A stretch of DNA of 64,000 nt. Origin: an uncultured delta proteobacterium. GTDB taxonomy: Bacteria; Myxococcota_A; Polyangia; Polyangiales; JAFGIB01. Of this stretch, positions 1 to 10,051 are shown in pieces. Under the pieces are notes generated by a model, which was not told the DNA's origin, ran no database searches, and saw only the letters and a program-made list of their open reading frames with translations. The DNA is taken from contig CAVZVA010000010.1 in NCBI GenBank assembly GCA_963778655.1, positions 128,001 through 192,000 on the forward strand, given 5' to 3'. The number at the start of each line of letters is the position of its first letter. Positions within the stretch are counted from its first letter, which is position 1. The position numbers and the translations under genes are program-made.

Positions 1-249
1 CGACACGTGCGGGCGCTCGTCGTGGCCGGAGACGGCAAGCGGGCGCTCGACGCCCTCGATGCGTACATGGCGTCACACCCAGGGGGAATCTTCGAGGAAG
101 AAGCGCTCGCGTTGCGAGCTCGTGCACTGCACCTGACCGGCGATCGCATCGGTGCCGAGCGCTGTTTGCACACACTCGAGGCCCGCTTTCCGAACAGCAT
201 CTACCGGGCGTCGCTCGGGATCGCAGGCAACATCAGCGAGCGTAGGTAA
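1..249 (+). CDS. 3' end of a TPR-like protein (partial at window edge)
   Basis: Frame open from base 1; LDAYMASHPGGIFEEEALALRARAL...RFPNS resembles the C-terminal TPR-like motif of myxobacterial anti-sigma-associated proteins. Confidence 0.55.
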   Translation, partial: RHVRALVVAGDGKRALDALDAYMASHPGGIFEEEALALRARALHLTGDRIGAERCLHTLEARFPNSIYRASLGIAGNISERR

Positions 250-457
250 CATCAGCGCCCGTCAACGCGATCACCTCGGCGGGGCGGCGCAGACCCAAGA
301 GGCAAGTGAACAAAGTCGCCGAGTTGGCGTGGCCACGGTTGTCGAGGCGGTCGTGGGGTTCAAACCGTCGACGGGCTGGTGGCACTCGTCTTTAGTTCTC
401 ACCGATTCGAATCCATCGAGTGTAGATTCACCCGCTCCCGCAACCGGGCTCACGCAG

Positions 458-670
458 TCAGCTTCCCTCGAATTTGAACGAGACCTTGAGCTTGGCTCGA
501 TACGCTTCGATCTTGCCGTCCTTCAACTGAAGATCGAGATTGGAAACTTCCGCGATGCGCAGGTCGCGCAGGCTCTTGGATGCTCGCTCCAGGGCCCCAG
601 CCGCGGCCTTCTCCCACGACTCGCTGCTCGTCCCGATGATCTCGATGACCTTGTATACGCTGTCGCTCAT
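458..670 (-). CDS. Dodecin (flavin-binding protein)
   Basis: 70 aa; [19 protein letters not shown]...[10 protein letters not shown] is the dodecin signature; GGAGG RBS upstream. Confidence 0.93.
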   Translation of the reverse strand: MSDSVYKVIEIIGTSSESWEKAAAGALERASKSLRDLRIAEVSNLDLQLKDGKIEAYRAKLKVSFKFEGS

Positions 671-879
671 GACGCCTCCTGTTCACGTTGGAAAACCAAC
701 ACCTATGCACCTCGGCGTCCTGTGCAAGAGCCAGCTGATCGGTTTTCGAGACGACTATGCGGCGTGGTTCGGGAGCGTTCCAGCCCTTCATTGCGAGGAG
801 CCTGATCGCAGGTCGCGTCCGCCCGAGAGCTCGAGCATCCAGTCGCGAGCCTGCGCACGCAAGACCATGGCCGCTTGCC

Positions 880-1175
880 AGCTGGCTTCCGTTGCCATGA
901 TCGGTGGGCACTGGGCTGCGATCGCAGCCATGGACTTCTTCACGGTCGAGGTGCTCACCCTGGTCGGCCTGGTCCGATACCACGTGCTTGTCGTCATCGA
1001 TCTGGCCAGCCGCCGTGTGGAGATCGCGGGCATCGTTCGCGAACCCTACGATGGATGGATGCGGCAGCTCGCGCGCAACCTGACCGACGGCTTTCCGATC
1101 GGTCACCGCCACCTGATCATGGACCGCGCCCCGATGTTCACTGTCGGGTTCCGCGCGCTGCTTGCCGGCTCCGCC
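880..1175 (+). pseudogene. Integrase-core (rve/DDE) transposase fragment, copy A
   Basis: [36 protein letters not shown]...[11 protein letters not shown]...LIMDR; both ends missing; homologous to 7690-7950 and 20944-21480. Confidence 0.8.
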
Positions 1176-1223
1176 CTCAAGAGCAGAAGGCGCCTAACCG
1201 GCGGGAATCTGAAGGAAAATCAC

Positions 1224-1267
1224 AGAGCCGGAGAAGGGCTTCGAACGCTCGACGTCGACCTTGGCAA
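1224..1267 (-). repeat. att-like site: degenerate 3' half of tRNA-Gly(GCC)
   Basis: 39/44 match to the copies at 58889 and 61370; no tRNA 5' half adjacent. Confidence 0.8.
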
Positions 1268-1547
1268 GCGTCCCCATCCCTCGGAGATCACGCGCGAGGC
1301 GCTATCTTTCGAGCAACCCGAGCGCACGCACGAGCACGCAGGATCCCCGAGGCGCAGGTGGTTGCAGTCAACGTGAAGTCAGCCGGCAGGGCCTCGATGC
1401 GCGGGAAGGACGTCTCAAAGCAGGGTGGCGCGCGCCCGAAGGCGCTCGAGCTCAGGGTGGCAGGCGGGTTCGATGCGACGACCCCAAGACCGGCGGCGCG
1501 CCTGCGGACCGTCGCCAGGGCGCGCGTGCTGCGCTACGATGGGCAAC

Positions 1548-1781
1548 ATGGCCTCGGACGGTACTCGTCACGAATCGATGGCGGAGCGCTACGAGCGCAC
1601 GCTGGCCGTGCACGGGCCGGAGCCGGCGTTCGACGATCAGGGCGTCGATCTCACCCAGATTCGGGCGGCGCTCGCCCGCACTCCCGACGAGCGGCTCTCG
1701 CACCTCGAGGCCAGCGCCAACAGCCTTCACTGGTTGCTGCAGGCGGCGCACGCTTCGCGTACCGATGTCGAAGCCGTCTGA
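1548..1781 (+). CDS. Small protein with GVDLTQIRAALARTPDERL motif, putative antitoxin
   Basis: 77 aa; overlaps the start of the downstream nucleotidyltransferase; paralog at 61613-61846. Confidence 0.65.
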   Translation: MASDGTRHESMAERYERTLAVHGPEPAFDDQGVDLTQIRAALARTPDERLSHLEASANSLHWLLQAAHASRTDVEAV

Positions 1782-2256
1782 CTACCGCACGCTCTTTCGC
1801 GAGCTGGCTGCGGAACGGGTCGAGTTCATCGTCGTCGGCGCCCTCGCGGCGGTGCTCCAAGGCGCGCCAATCGTCACGTTCGATCTCGACATCCTGCGCA
1901 GGCGCACGCCCGAGAACGTCGAGCGCCTCTTGCGTGTGCTCGACCGCCTGAAGGCCGTGGCGCGCAACGATCCACGACGCATCGCGCCGAACGCCTCTCA
2001 CCTCGGTGGTCCTGGCCATCTGCTGCTGGACACCACCTCCGGCGATCTCGACATTCTCGGCACGATCGAGGAGTCCCTGGGCTACGAGGAGCTGTTGGAC
2101 GAGACGATCGAGATCGAACTGGAAGGCGCCCGTGTCCGCGTGCTTCGGCTCGAGCGCGTGATTCGGGCCAAGGAGGCCGCGGGGCGGCCCAAGGACCTCG
2201 CCGTACTGCCGGTGCTGCGTGCGACGCTCGAGCAGATCCGCCGCGGAAAGCGGTGA
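1765..2256 (+). CDS. Nucleotidyltransferase (Pol-beta superfamily), putative toxin
   Basis: VVGALAAVLQG...TFDLDI and K-x-AAGRPKD motifs; paralog at 61830-62321. Confidence 0.8.
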   Translation: MSKPSDYRTLFRELAAERVEFIVVGALAAVLQGAPIVTFDLDILRRRTPENVERLLRVLDRLKAVARNDPRRIAPNASHLGGPGHLLLDTTSGDLDILGTIEESLGYEELLDETIEIELEGARVRVLRLERVIRAKEAAGRPKDLAVLPVLRATLEQIRRGKR

Positions 2257-2583
2257 CGCCAACAAGCATTCTGCGCCGCAAGGGCCTTGGCGGACCGCTC
2301 AACTTCCACTATCGGGCCGCCGCGTGAGGCCACGATCCCCGGCGTGACTCGATCGCCGCAGGTCACGGCCGAGCGCCTGGTCGCCGACGCGAAGCCCGTC
2401 GATGCTTGTTGGCGGGCGGTCCTGAAGTGACCGGCCGACACCGTGCTCACCTACCATGATCCCACAGGCCACGGATTTCACGGCGGTGGGCGTGCGGCGA
2501 TCGAAGCTGCGGCGCGAGCGAACGGGCAACTTCTCGCCCGACTCAGCCCGCACGGCAGCATTCGTCGTGGTTCGTTGCGACGG

Positions 2584-3807
2584 CTATAGCGGCAGATCAC
2601 CCGTCGAGTGATTCACCGAGCCCGTCTCGTTGTAGGAGCGCATGGCCATCTCGGCGACGCGCATCTTGTGGACTTCGTCCGCGCCGTCCGCGATCCGCGA
2701 CCAGCGTGCGCCGATCAGCATCCGCGCCAGCGGCGAGTCATTGGAGTAGCCCAGCGCGCCGTGCACCTGGACCGCGCGGTCGACCGTGCGCCACAGCGTG
2801 TTGGCCACGTGATGCTTCGCCATCGAGACCTCGGCGCGATAGTCGAGGTTCTTTTCAATCTTGTAGGCGGCGTGGAGCACCATCAGCTTGGCCGCGTAGA
2901 GCTCCATGTTGCTCTCCGCGATCAGCCACTGGATGCCCTGCTTCTCGGAGAGCAGCGAGCCGTGGGCGAAGCGCTTCTGGGCGCGGTCGATCATCATCTC
3001 GAGCGCGGTCTCGATCTGTCCGAGCCAGCGCATGCAATGCGCCAGACGCGCAGGGCCGAGCCGCACCTGGCCGAGCAGGTGACCGCCGCCCTCTTGGCCG
3101 AGAATGTTTTCGTGCGGCACGCGCACGTCGGTGTAGCTGCATTCGGGGTGTCCGCCGCCGCCGCCCATGGTCTCGACGTCGCGCACGATCTTGAAGCCCG
3201 GCGACTTGGTAGGGACGATGAACGCGGTGTTACGGGCCTGCGGCGGGTCCGCGGCGGGGTTGGTCTGCGCGATCAAGATGATGAAGTGTGCGCGTCCAGC
3301 GCCCGAGGCGAACCACTTCCGCCCGTTGATCACCCAGTCGTTTCCGTCGCGCACCGCGCGCGTCTTGATCTGCGTGGGATCCGAGCCGGCCGTGTCGGGC
3401 TCGGTCATGGAGAACGCCGAGCGCATGGTTCCGTCGCAAAGCGGTCTCAGCCACTTCTCCTTCTGCGCGTCGGTGCCGAAGTGCAGCAGCGTGTGCATGT
3501 TGCCTTCGTCGGGCGCCGAGCAATTGATGACGTACGGACCGAAGTTCGTCTTCACGGCCTCGGCCGACACCGCGGCCACGGCGGTGGGACCGAGATCCAT
3601 CCCGCCATACTCCTTGGGCATGTGCGGCAGCCACACGCCCCACTCGCGGGCCTTCTGGCGCAGCTCGACCAACGCTGGCCGCCATGCGGCGGGGTCTCGC
3701 TGACCGCGCACTTCGCGCATACGCGGTTTGACGACGTCTTTCATGAAGCTCGCGACCTTCAAACGGGCACTCTCTACTTCCTCGGGAAACGTGAAATCGA
3801 TGGCCAT
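2584..3807 (-). CDS. Acyl-CoA dehydrogenase
   Basis: SAFSMTEP, NGRKWFASGA, VQVHGALG and IADGADEVH motifs; AAGGAG RBS before MAIDF. Confidence 0.95.
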   Translation of the reverse strand: MAIDFTFPEEVESARLKVASFMKDVVKPRMREVRGQRDPAAWRPALVELRQKAREWGVWLPHMPKEYGGMDLGPTAVAAVSAEAVKTNFGPYVINCSAPDEGNMHTLLHFGTDAQKEKWLRPLCDGTMRSAFSMTEPDTAGSDPTQIKTRAVRDGNDWVINGRKWFASGAGRAHFIILIAQTNPAADPPQARNTAFIVPTKSPGFKIVRDVETMGGGGGHPECSYTDVRVPHENILGQEGGGHLLGQVRLGPARLAHCMRWLGQIETALEMMIDRAQKRFAHGSLLSEKQGIQWLIAESNMELYAAKLMVLHAAYKIEKNLDYRAEVSMAKHHVANTLWRTVDRAVQVHGALGYSNDSPLARMLIGARWSRIADGADEVHKMRVAEMAMRSYNETGSVNHSTGDLPL

Positions 3808-4211
3808 GTGCTGACTCCTTCCGGGCGACACCAGCTTCGGGGCGAGCCCGGAATGGGACTGCGATCTCCCCGAAGCAACCGCACGATAGTGAGGTCGCCG
3901 CGCATCTGGAAGAGGAATTCCCGAGACGATGGTGTGCGGGGCGGTCGAGCAGAGCCCCACGCAACGACCTCAGCCGAGCGCTAGCTCCTGCGAACGGTGC
4001 CAAATTGCGCCCAGCGCGCTTCGGCCATGCCGGGTCGTGGCGGAGTCGCCGCTCGCGTGCGGGACCACGTCGCCCGCCCCGATCAGCGCCGCCGCGACGA
4101 CGCGCCCGATCTCGCTCGGGAGCCGAACGGGCTCTCATCACGCGCCATCGGCACCTCCACGTGCGTGCCGAGCTGGCTCTGGCCGGGCGTCCACGGACAA
4201 TAGGGTCGAGG

Positions 4212-4304
4212 TAGGGACGGGCCCGAACGCCATGGGGGTCGGCCCGGCCCCCGCAGAGATTCCGACATCGCCAACCATGCAACTATGCAGGACCGTCCCT
4301 ATAT
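4212..4304. repeat. REP-like inverted repeat pair
   Basis: TAGGGACGGGCC (4212) inverted against GGACCGTCCCTA (4290); AGGACCGTCCCTATAT matches the RAYT-flank repeat at 22044-22059 at 15/16. Confidence 0.45.
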
Positions 4305-4315
4305 CGCTGCGGTCC

Positions 4316-5299
4316 CTAAGCGAGCTTCACCAGCATCTTGCCGATGTTGCGGCCCTGCATCAGGCCAATCATGGCCTCCGGAGCCGCCTCGATACCGTTC
4401 ACGATGGTCTCGCGGTACTTGATCCGGCCCTCCTTCAGCCACCCGGTCATCTTCTGCATGAACTCGCCCGCGAGATGCATGTATTCGGGGCCTGAAAAGC
4501 CGCGGATGGTGATACCGCCATAGATGATGTTGGAGAGGTTGCGCACGACCGTGCGCGAGCCCGCTTCGTTGTAGCCCGAGATCATGCCGCAGACCGCGAC
4601 GCGGCCCCCGTGCTTGAGCACGTTGAGTGCCGCGTCGAGGTGATCGCCGCCGACATTGTCGAAGTAGACGTCGAGGCCCTCCGGTGCCGCTGCGCGCAGC
4701 GCCTTGTTGATGGGCCCGGCCTTGTAGTTGATCACGGCGTCGAGCCCGAGCTCATCCTTCAGCCATCGGGCCTTCTCCTCGGAACCGGTCGAGCCAATCA
4801 CGTAGCAGTCATGGATCTTGCCGATCTGCACAGCCACTTGCCCGACGGCCCCGGCGGCCGTCGAGACGAACAGCTTCTCGCCGCGCTGCAGATTCGCCAC
4901 CGCGAACAGACCACCGTACGCGGTCAGACCCGGATTGCCCAGGACGCTGAGATAGGCCGTGAGCGAGACCTCAGGGTCAGGATCGAGGGTACGCAGGCCC
5001 CGGCCCTTCGAGAGGAAGTATTCGCGGAACCCAAGCCCGCTCTGCACGAGCTGGTTCTCTCCGAGCTGGGCGTTGCGCGACTTGATGACGCGGCCGATGG
5101 CGCCGCCGAGCATCGCCTTGTTCAGCTCGTAGCCCTGGCTCATGCGCGGCCGCATCGCCGGGTCGACCGACATGTAAAGGTTCTGCACGAGCACCTCGCC
5201 ATCGCCGGGTTCCGCGAGCTCGGATTCGACGAGCGCGAAGTCGTCGGGCCTGGGCAAACCTTCGGGGCGCTTCACGAGATGGACTTCACGGTTTCGCAT
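4316..5299 (-). CDS. NADP-dependent oxidoreductase (MDR, prostaglandin reductase/CurA-like)
   Basis: SVDPAMR, AAGAVG, YFDNVGG and GRNIGK motifs; GGAGG RBS. Confidence 0.93.
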   Translation of the reverse strand: MRNREVHLVKRPEGLPRPDDFALVESELAEPGDGEVLVQNLYMSVDPAMRPRMSQGYELNKAMLGGAIGRVIKSRNAQLGENQLVQSGLGFREYFLSKGRGLRTLDPDPEVSLTAYLSVLGNPGLTAYGGLFAVANLQRGEKLFVSTAAGAVGQVAVQIGKIHDCYVIGSTGSEEKARWLKDELGLDAVINYKAGPINKALRAAAPEGLDVYFDNVGGDHLDAALNVLKHGGRVAVCGMISGYNEAGSRTVVRNLSNIIYGGITIRGFSGPEYMHLAGEFMQKMTGWLKEGRIKYRETIVNGIEAAPEAMIGLMQGRNIGKMLVKLA

Positions 5300-5313
5300 T
5301 CGGACCTCCTCCC

Positions 5314-6315
5314 TCACCCACTTGCCCCGTGCTCCACCACGACCGTGCCGAGCTTCGTGCCACTCTCGACCAGCTCGTGGGCAGCCGCGCTCTGCTCGAG
5401 GGTGAAGCGGCCCGCGATGTTGTGGACCGCGCCCTCGGTCTCGGCGAAGGCGGTCACCTCGCGTTGCGCGCGCTTGCGGATGTCGTGGGGCAGGCTGTTG
5501 AGCACCATGAACTGCAGGTTCACGTTCCTGACCATCAGGGCGGGAACCGAGATCGTCGGCGAGCGCTGGCCCGAGCTGGCGTAGGCCGCCCAGCTGCCGT
5601 TGAGGGCGAGCGCACGAATGCAGGCGTCGTAGTTGCCGCCGAAGTCGACGTCGACGATGTGGTCGACCCCGCGGCCATCCGTGAGCTCGCGCACCCGCGC
5701 GGCCACGTCCTCCTCGCGGTAGTTGATCGTGTGCTCGGCGCCGCCGCCCACCGCGACCTCGGCCTTCCGGGCGGAGCTCACCGTCGCGATCGTCCGCGCC
5801 GCACCGCCCCAGCGTGAGAGCTGCAGCGCGTAGTGGCCCACGGCCCCGGCCCCACCGGTGACGAGCACGCTCTTGCCCTCGATCGGCCCGTGCGAGAACA
5901 GGCAGCAGTGCGCCGTCATGGCGGGTATCCCCAGCGTCGCTCCCTCGGCGAAGCTGGTTTGCGCGGGCAGCTCGCAAACCAGGTCCTCGGATAGGCAGAT
6001 GTAGTCCGCGGCGTTGCCGAAGCACCGCCCCGCTCGGGCACCGTTGTAGATCCAGACACGCTTCCCGAGCCACGCGGGATCGACGTCGGGCCCGACCTGA
6101 TCGACCACACCCGCCCCGTCGCTGTGCGGAATGACGCGGGGAAACTGCATCGGCCGCCCGGGCATACCCCTGCGCAGTCCCACGTCGGAAGGATTGACGC
6201 CGGAAGCCCGGATCTCCACCCGAACCTCGCCCGCGCCCGGCTGGGGCGTCGGCATCTCGCCCAGCTCGAGCACGTCTCGCGCCGCGCCCTGCCTCTCGTA
6301 CCAAAGTGCCTTCAT
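5314..6315 (-). CDS. NADPH:quinone reductase (zeta-crystallin-like MDR)
   Basis: ASGVNPSD, PHSDGAG and GGAGAVG motifs. Confidence 0.93.
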   Translation of the reverse strand: MKALWYERQGAARDVLELGEMPTPQPGAGEVRVEIRASGVNPSDVGLRRGMPGRPMQFPRVIPHSDGAGVVDQVGPDVDPAWLGKRVWIYNGARAGRCFGNAADYICLSEDLVCELPAQTSFAEGATLGIPAMTAHCCLFSHGPIEGKSVLVTGGAGAVGHYALQLSRWGGAARTIATVSSARKAEVAVGGGAEHTINYREEDVAARVRELTDGRGVDHIVDVDFGGNYDACIRALALNGSWAAYASSGQRSPTISVPALMVRNVNLQFMVLNSLPHDIRKRAQREVTAFAETEGAVHNIAGRFTLEQSAAAHELVESGTKLGTVVVEHGASG

Positions 6316-6382
6316 CGGAGCTCCTGGCGCCGGGTGCAGCCAGCCTAGCAACTGAAGCGGGCTCCGGATACCGTTAGGCGGC

Positions 6383-6670
6383 ATGGCGAAGGCGACCGTG
6401 TTGGTGGCGAGTTGGTCCGACGGTCTGTTCGTATGCGGGCCCGATGGGCCGAGCCATGAGCTGGCGGGGCGCACAGTCCAGTGCCTGTCGCCCGGTGGGC
6501 GCGGCGCAGCCCTGGCGGTGGTCGGCAAGCACACGCTCCAACACCGGTCCCCCGACGGGAACTGGACCACCCTGGCGACCTCGGACGCGGACCTGTCCTG
6601 CTGCCTGGCCACTCCGAACGACATCTTCGTGGGCACGGACGCCGCGCGCGTGATGCGTCTGAGAATGCCG
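6383..6670 (+). pseudogene. N-terminal fragment of a beta-propeller (BNR/WD40-like) protein
   Basis: VLVASWSDGLFV...IFVGTDAARVMRL then runs into unrelated sequence. Confidence 0.5.
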
Positions 6671-6829
6671 GCGCCAGCTGGTCCGCGCGCGCTCGGGGGC
6701 TCCCGACAGCCAGCGGCGCCCTGATTCTCTGAGCCGAGATCGCCCGCCCCGTGGGATCCATGTGCCAAGGGACGCTAGCGAGGACCTCGGTTCGAGAAGC
6801 GCCGTGGCCCCATCGGGCGGCTCGCGGGC

Positions 6830-6992
6830 GTCGGCCGCCGATGATTCGACCGACCTCGGCGCGGCTCGTGCCCATCGCGAACAAAGCGCGCATGAGCAAG
6901 TCGATCGAGACGGAAGGGTCACCGCCCTCGATCTTGGCGATTCTGGCTTGGCTTGATCCGAGCCGCGTCGCGAGCTCGCCTCGCGAGAGTCC
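6830..6992 (-). pseudogene. XRE-family HTH antitoxin fragment
   Basis: ELATRLGSSQARIAKIEGGDPSVSIDLLMRALFAMG; N-terminus missing. Confidence 0.65.
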
Positions 6993-7025
6993 GCGGCGGG
7001 AGCGCGGGAAGCGCTAGCAATTTGC

Positions 7026-7322
7026 CTCAGCGAAGCCTGCTTCCTGCTGGAGACCGGCTACCTCCGCAAACGCCTCTACGCGCTCTTGGAGCGTCTGCCC
7101 GTGGCTTCAGTCGAGCCGGATCCGCCGTGGTGGTCGGAAGCCTTTGCCTGGTCGCACAGGTACGCGGACCAGTCTCCCGACTTCGGCGATGCGATGCCCG
7201 TTCTGCTCGCCCAGCGCGCTGGCGCCCGCCTGTGGACCTACGACTCGGAGCTCGAGAAGATCTGGCGGCTACCCAACGGGCGCAAGGTCCGGCTCGTGCC
7301 CGCCGCACGGGGCGCGCCATGA
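7026..7322 (+). pseudogene. PIN-domain (VapC-like) toxin, 5'-truncated
   Basis: LSEACFLL...YADQSPDFGDA...LWTYDSE retains the later PIN acidic residues; first strand with the N-terminal Asp is absent. Confidence 0.7.
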
Positions 7323-7689
7323 GCGTGCTCGAACGCTCGACTCCTGGCCGACTCCTGACTTCGTGATTCTGTGTTCGCGTGATGTCGCGGCCGGCGCCGA
7401 TGACCGAGTCTGCCGCCTTCGTGCAAGTCTTTCCGGCCGCGCACCTGTTTGGACAGAGCTCGACGCTTCGGTTTGCGACGAGCTTTGCAACCGCCGCTAC
7501 ACGATCGCGATGGAGGCGGCGAGCCAGCTGCAGAGCGACGGGATCGGCGCGCTGTATAAGACCGAAGTGGTGCTCGACTGTCGCGAGCGCGGGCGCAAGG
7601 AGCGGTGCGTGCAGGGCGAGCACAGCGAGGCGCCCGAATCCGCCGACATGAACGCCAGTCCATCGGTCGCGCACTCACGCGGCCGCGCC

Positions 7690-7950
7690 GATAGTAGAAG
7701 CTGAGCACGCCGCCGAGACGCCTACGACACAGAACGCGCCCGGTGGGAGTCGCGTCGCGGTCCAGGCTCCCGATCGACCGATTGTCGAGCCCTTGATGAT
7801 TGCGTTCTCCGTGATGATGGACGACGAATGGCTCGCGAACGATTCCCGCTATGTGCACGCGTCTACTGGCGAATGCGCTCGTCGTCATCGACCTTGGTAT
7901 CGGACCAGACCGACCAGCGTCAGCAGCTTGGAGACGCATAGGCCTGCCCA
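7690..7950 (-). pseudogene. Integrase-core transposase fragment, copy B (internally deleted)
   Basis: LTLVGLVRY / [12 protein letters not shown] joined directly to HGERNHQGLDN...RRRLGGVLSFYYR. Confidence 0.75.
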
Positions 7951-7969
7951 AGCCGTAGCCGGCGTGCGT

Positions 7970-9175
7970 TTACTGCACCATGATGACTTGGCTCTGGCAG
8001 CCGAGCAGGATGTCGAGCTTGGCACCGGTGTCTTCGCTCACCGCAGCGCAGCTCGCGTCGCACAGCTTGATGCTCTTGGGCGCCTTGGGATCGTCGTAGT
8101 ACCAGCCGCCGCTCTGGGCATCGCACGCGCTCGGGTCGGGCGCCCGCAGGATGACGACCGGCTGCCCGGCTTGCGCGCCCGTGCTCGGGGTCGACGTCAC
8201 GTTGACCTCGTCGAAGTCGACGGCCGTGGCGCCGGTGGGCGCGGGCAACGCATACTCGCACGGCAGCGTGGCCCGCATCCGGATCTTGTCCAGGGCATCG
8301 ATCAGCTGCTGCGTCGTGTCCTGCCCGTCGTCGACGATGAACGCCTGGTCGGTACCCCCACTCTGCGCCACCTGATCGAGCGCCGTGAGCCCGCTGCCCA
8401 CGCCGATCACGAAGCTGCGGATCGAGGGCATGGCCGCGAGCCCGTCGGCTGCGGTCTGCGCCACGCTGTCGGTCGTGCTGCCGCAGGTGTCCGGCTCGCC
8501 GTCGGTGGCGAGCACCACGGCCACGACGTGATCCGGGTGCGCCATCTGCCACTGGCTCGCGTGATCGATCGCACCTTCGAGCGCCGGGCCGGTGGGCGTC
8601 ACGGCGATCGGAAGGTGCGATGCGATCGAGTCCGAGATCGCTTGCGCGTTGTCCGGCAAGGGCGCGATCTCGACCTCGGGCAGCGCGTAATCGGGAGCGT
8701 CGCACGAAATTCCGAGCCCAAAGTACTGGATGCCCACGCCCACGCCTTCGGCCTCGGGTCGCGTCACGAAGGTCTGCAAGGCATCGGTAATCGAAGACCA
8801 ACGTGTACCGCTGCCGGCCGGCAGAATCATCGAAGCCGATTGATCCATCATGATGTAGAGATCGACCGGAACCGACTTCGCGCTCTGCGACTCTGCCGCG
8901 CAGGTGGTCGAGGCGTCCGCGCCGACTTCCTGCACGGGTAGCTTCGCGGTCTTCAGTCCGGCATCCGCCGCGTTGCCGTAGCTTCCTGGCGTCCCGGGCG
9001 CGGAGCTGCCGGCCGATGCGTGCGGCGGCGGCACGGAGCTCGAATCGGCCGCGCGTTCCGCGCCACTGGGGGCTCCGCTCCCGCTGCAGCCCGCGCCCAC
9101 AGCCGCACACACGAGCGCCATGACGCCGAGCGCCAGTGCGCTTCCTCCCCGGGTGCCGAATGACGTCTCTCGCAC
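7970..9175 (-). CDS. vWA-domain lipoprotein (myxobacterial CglB-like family)
   Basis: Lipobox-like GAGC, MIDAS DQSASM, TPTGPAL, LATDGEP, Cys-rich C-terminus; GTG start with GGAGG. Confidence 0.85.
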   Translation of the reverse strand: MRETSFGTRGGSALALGVMALVCAAVGAGCSGSGAPSGAERAADSSSVPPPHASAGSSAPGTPGSYGNAADAGLKTAKLPVQEVGADASTTCAAESQSAKSVPVDLYIMMDQSASMILPAGSGTRWSSITDALQTFVTRPEAEGVGVGIQYFGLGISCDAPDYALPEVEIAPLPDNAQAISDSIASHLPIAVTPTGPALEGAIDHASQWQMAHPDHVVAVVLATDGEPDTCGSTTDSVAQTAADGLAAMPSIRSFVIGVGSGLTALDQVAQSGGTDQAFIVDDGQDTTQQLIDALDKIRMRATLPCEYALPAPTGATAVDFDEVNVTSTPSTGAQAGQPVVILRAPDPSACDAQSGGWYYDDPKAPKSIKLCDASCAAVSEDTGAKLDILLGCQSQVIMVQ

Positions 9176-9586
9176 AGCCCTCCGTCCCGCTGTGAGCGGG
9201 TGCGACCATTTCGGCTCAGCTCGAGCCGAGCTCCGTCGCCGAAGCGAGCGGGCGCTCAGCGTCGTCTCGCCGCTCCCTGGGCGCAGCCGCAGCCATCGCC
9301 GTAGTGTGCCATCCGTGGATCGCGCGCTCAGGCGGCCTCCCGATAGTACCGACGAACGCGGTGCAGGACGTCGCGCGGCGCGGCAAGATCGCGTAGCGAC
9401 CAAACCGTGCTGCGGCCTGCTCTGCACGTTTACCCGCCGCACCTGCCCCCTACAAGGATGTTGGCGCGTGAGGGACGAGTGCTGCCGGATGCGGCTGCGT
9501 CATCGCGCCTACAGAATGTTCGACGCCGCAGCCATGGCAAGGCGCCGCGCGCCCATTCTACAGCCTTGGGGCGTTGACGACACACG

Positions 9587-9753
9587 CTAGTGCTCTGACC
9601 GAGCGCTTTTGAACCGAGATCGGGTCTGAGGTGATGCTGAGCGGGGCGCCGGTTGACGAAGGAAGGGTAGCCCCCCTTTCGAGGAGAGCGGCGCCGTGGG
9701 TAGCGTCAGATCGAGCGCGAGGTCGGATCCAAACCGCTCGGTCAGAGCACTAG
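9587..9753. mobile_element. MITE with terminal inverted repeats and CTAG flanks
   Basis: CTAGTGCTCTGACCGAGCG ... CGCTCGGTCAGAGCACTAG, a perfect 19-bp inverted repeat; no transposase inside. Confidence 0.75.
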
Positions 9754-10051
9754 ATGCTCGGATAGACGGCTCAACCATTTCCGATCGCATAGTGCACTTT
9801 GGTATTGCCTAGACCAAGGTGTCAGTTGGGGCGGTGCTGGCTTCAGCACACTCCAGCGCGAAGCCCGAAGCTCTCGGTGCGGCATTGGCAGCTGACATGC
9901 CTCGCGATCCGAGTCCCAGATGCGAAGTTGCCGACACCATCGTCTGATTGCCGTACCTGCGCTTGTGACGACATTGCTCTCATGTAACCGAGCGTGTCGT
10001 GCCGTCGTTGGGCGAGACGCGAACAAGCACCCTCTACGGAGCCGTATCGAT

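Noticed and set aside
344..373. Possible sixth att copy GGGGTTCAAACCGTCGACG (16/19 to the core)
   Set aside because: Short and degenerate in GC-rich DNA, with no integrase tail or arm repeat recognised; not counted.
2608..3984. Long antisense or alternate-frame ORFs (also 8941, 25486, 32069, 39445, 57281 and others)
   Set aside because: Shadow ORFs typical of high-GC coding DNA, overlapping better-supported genes.
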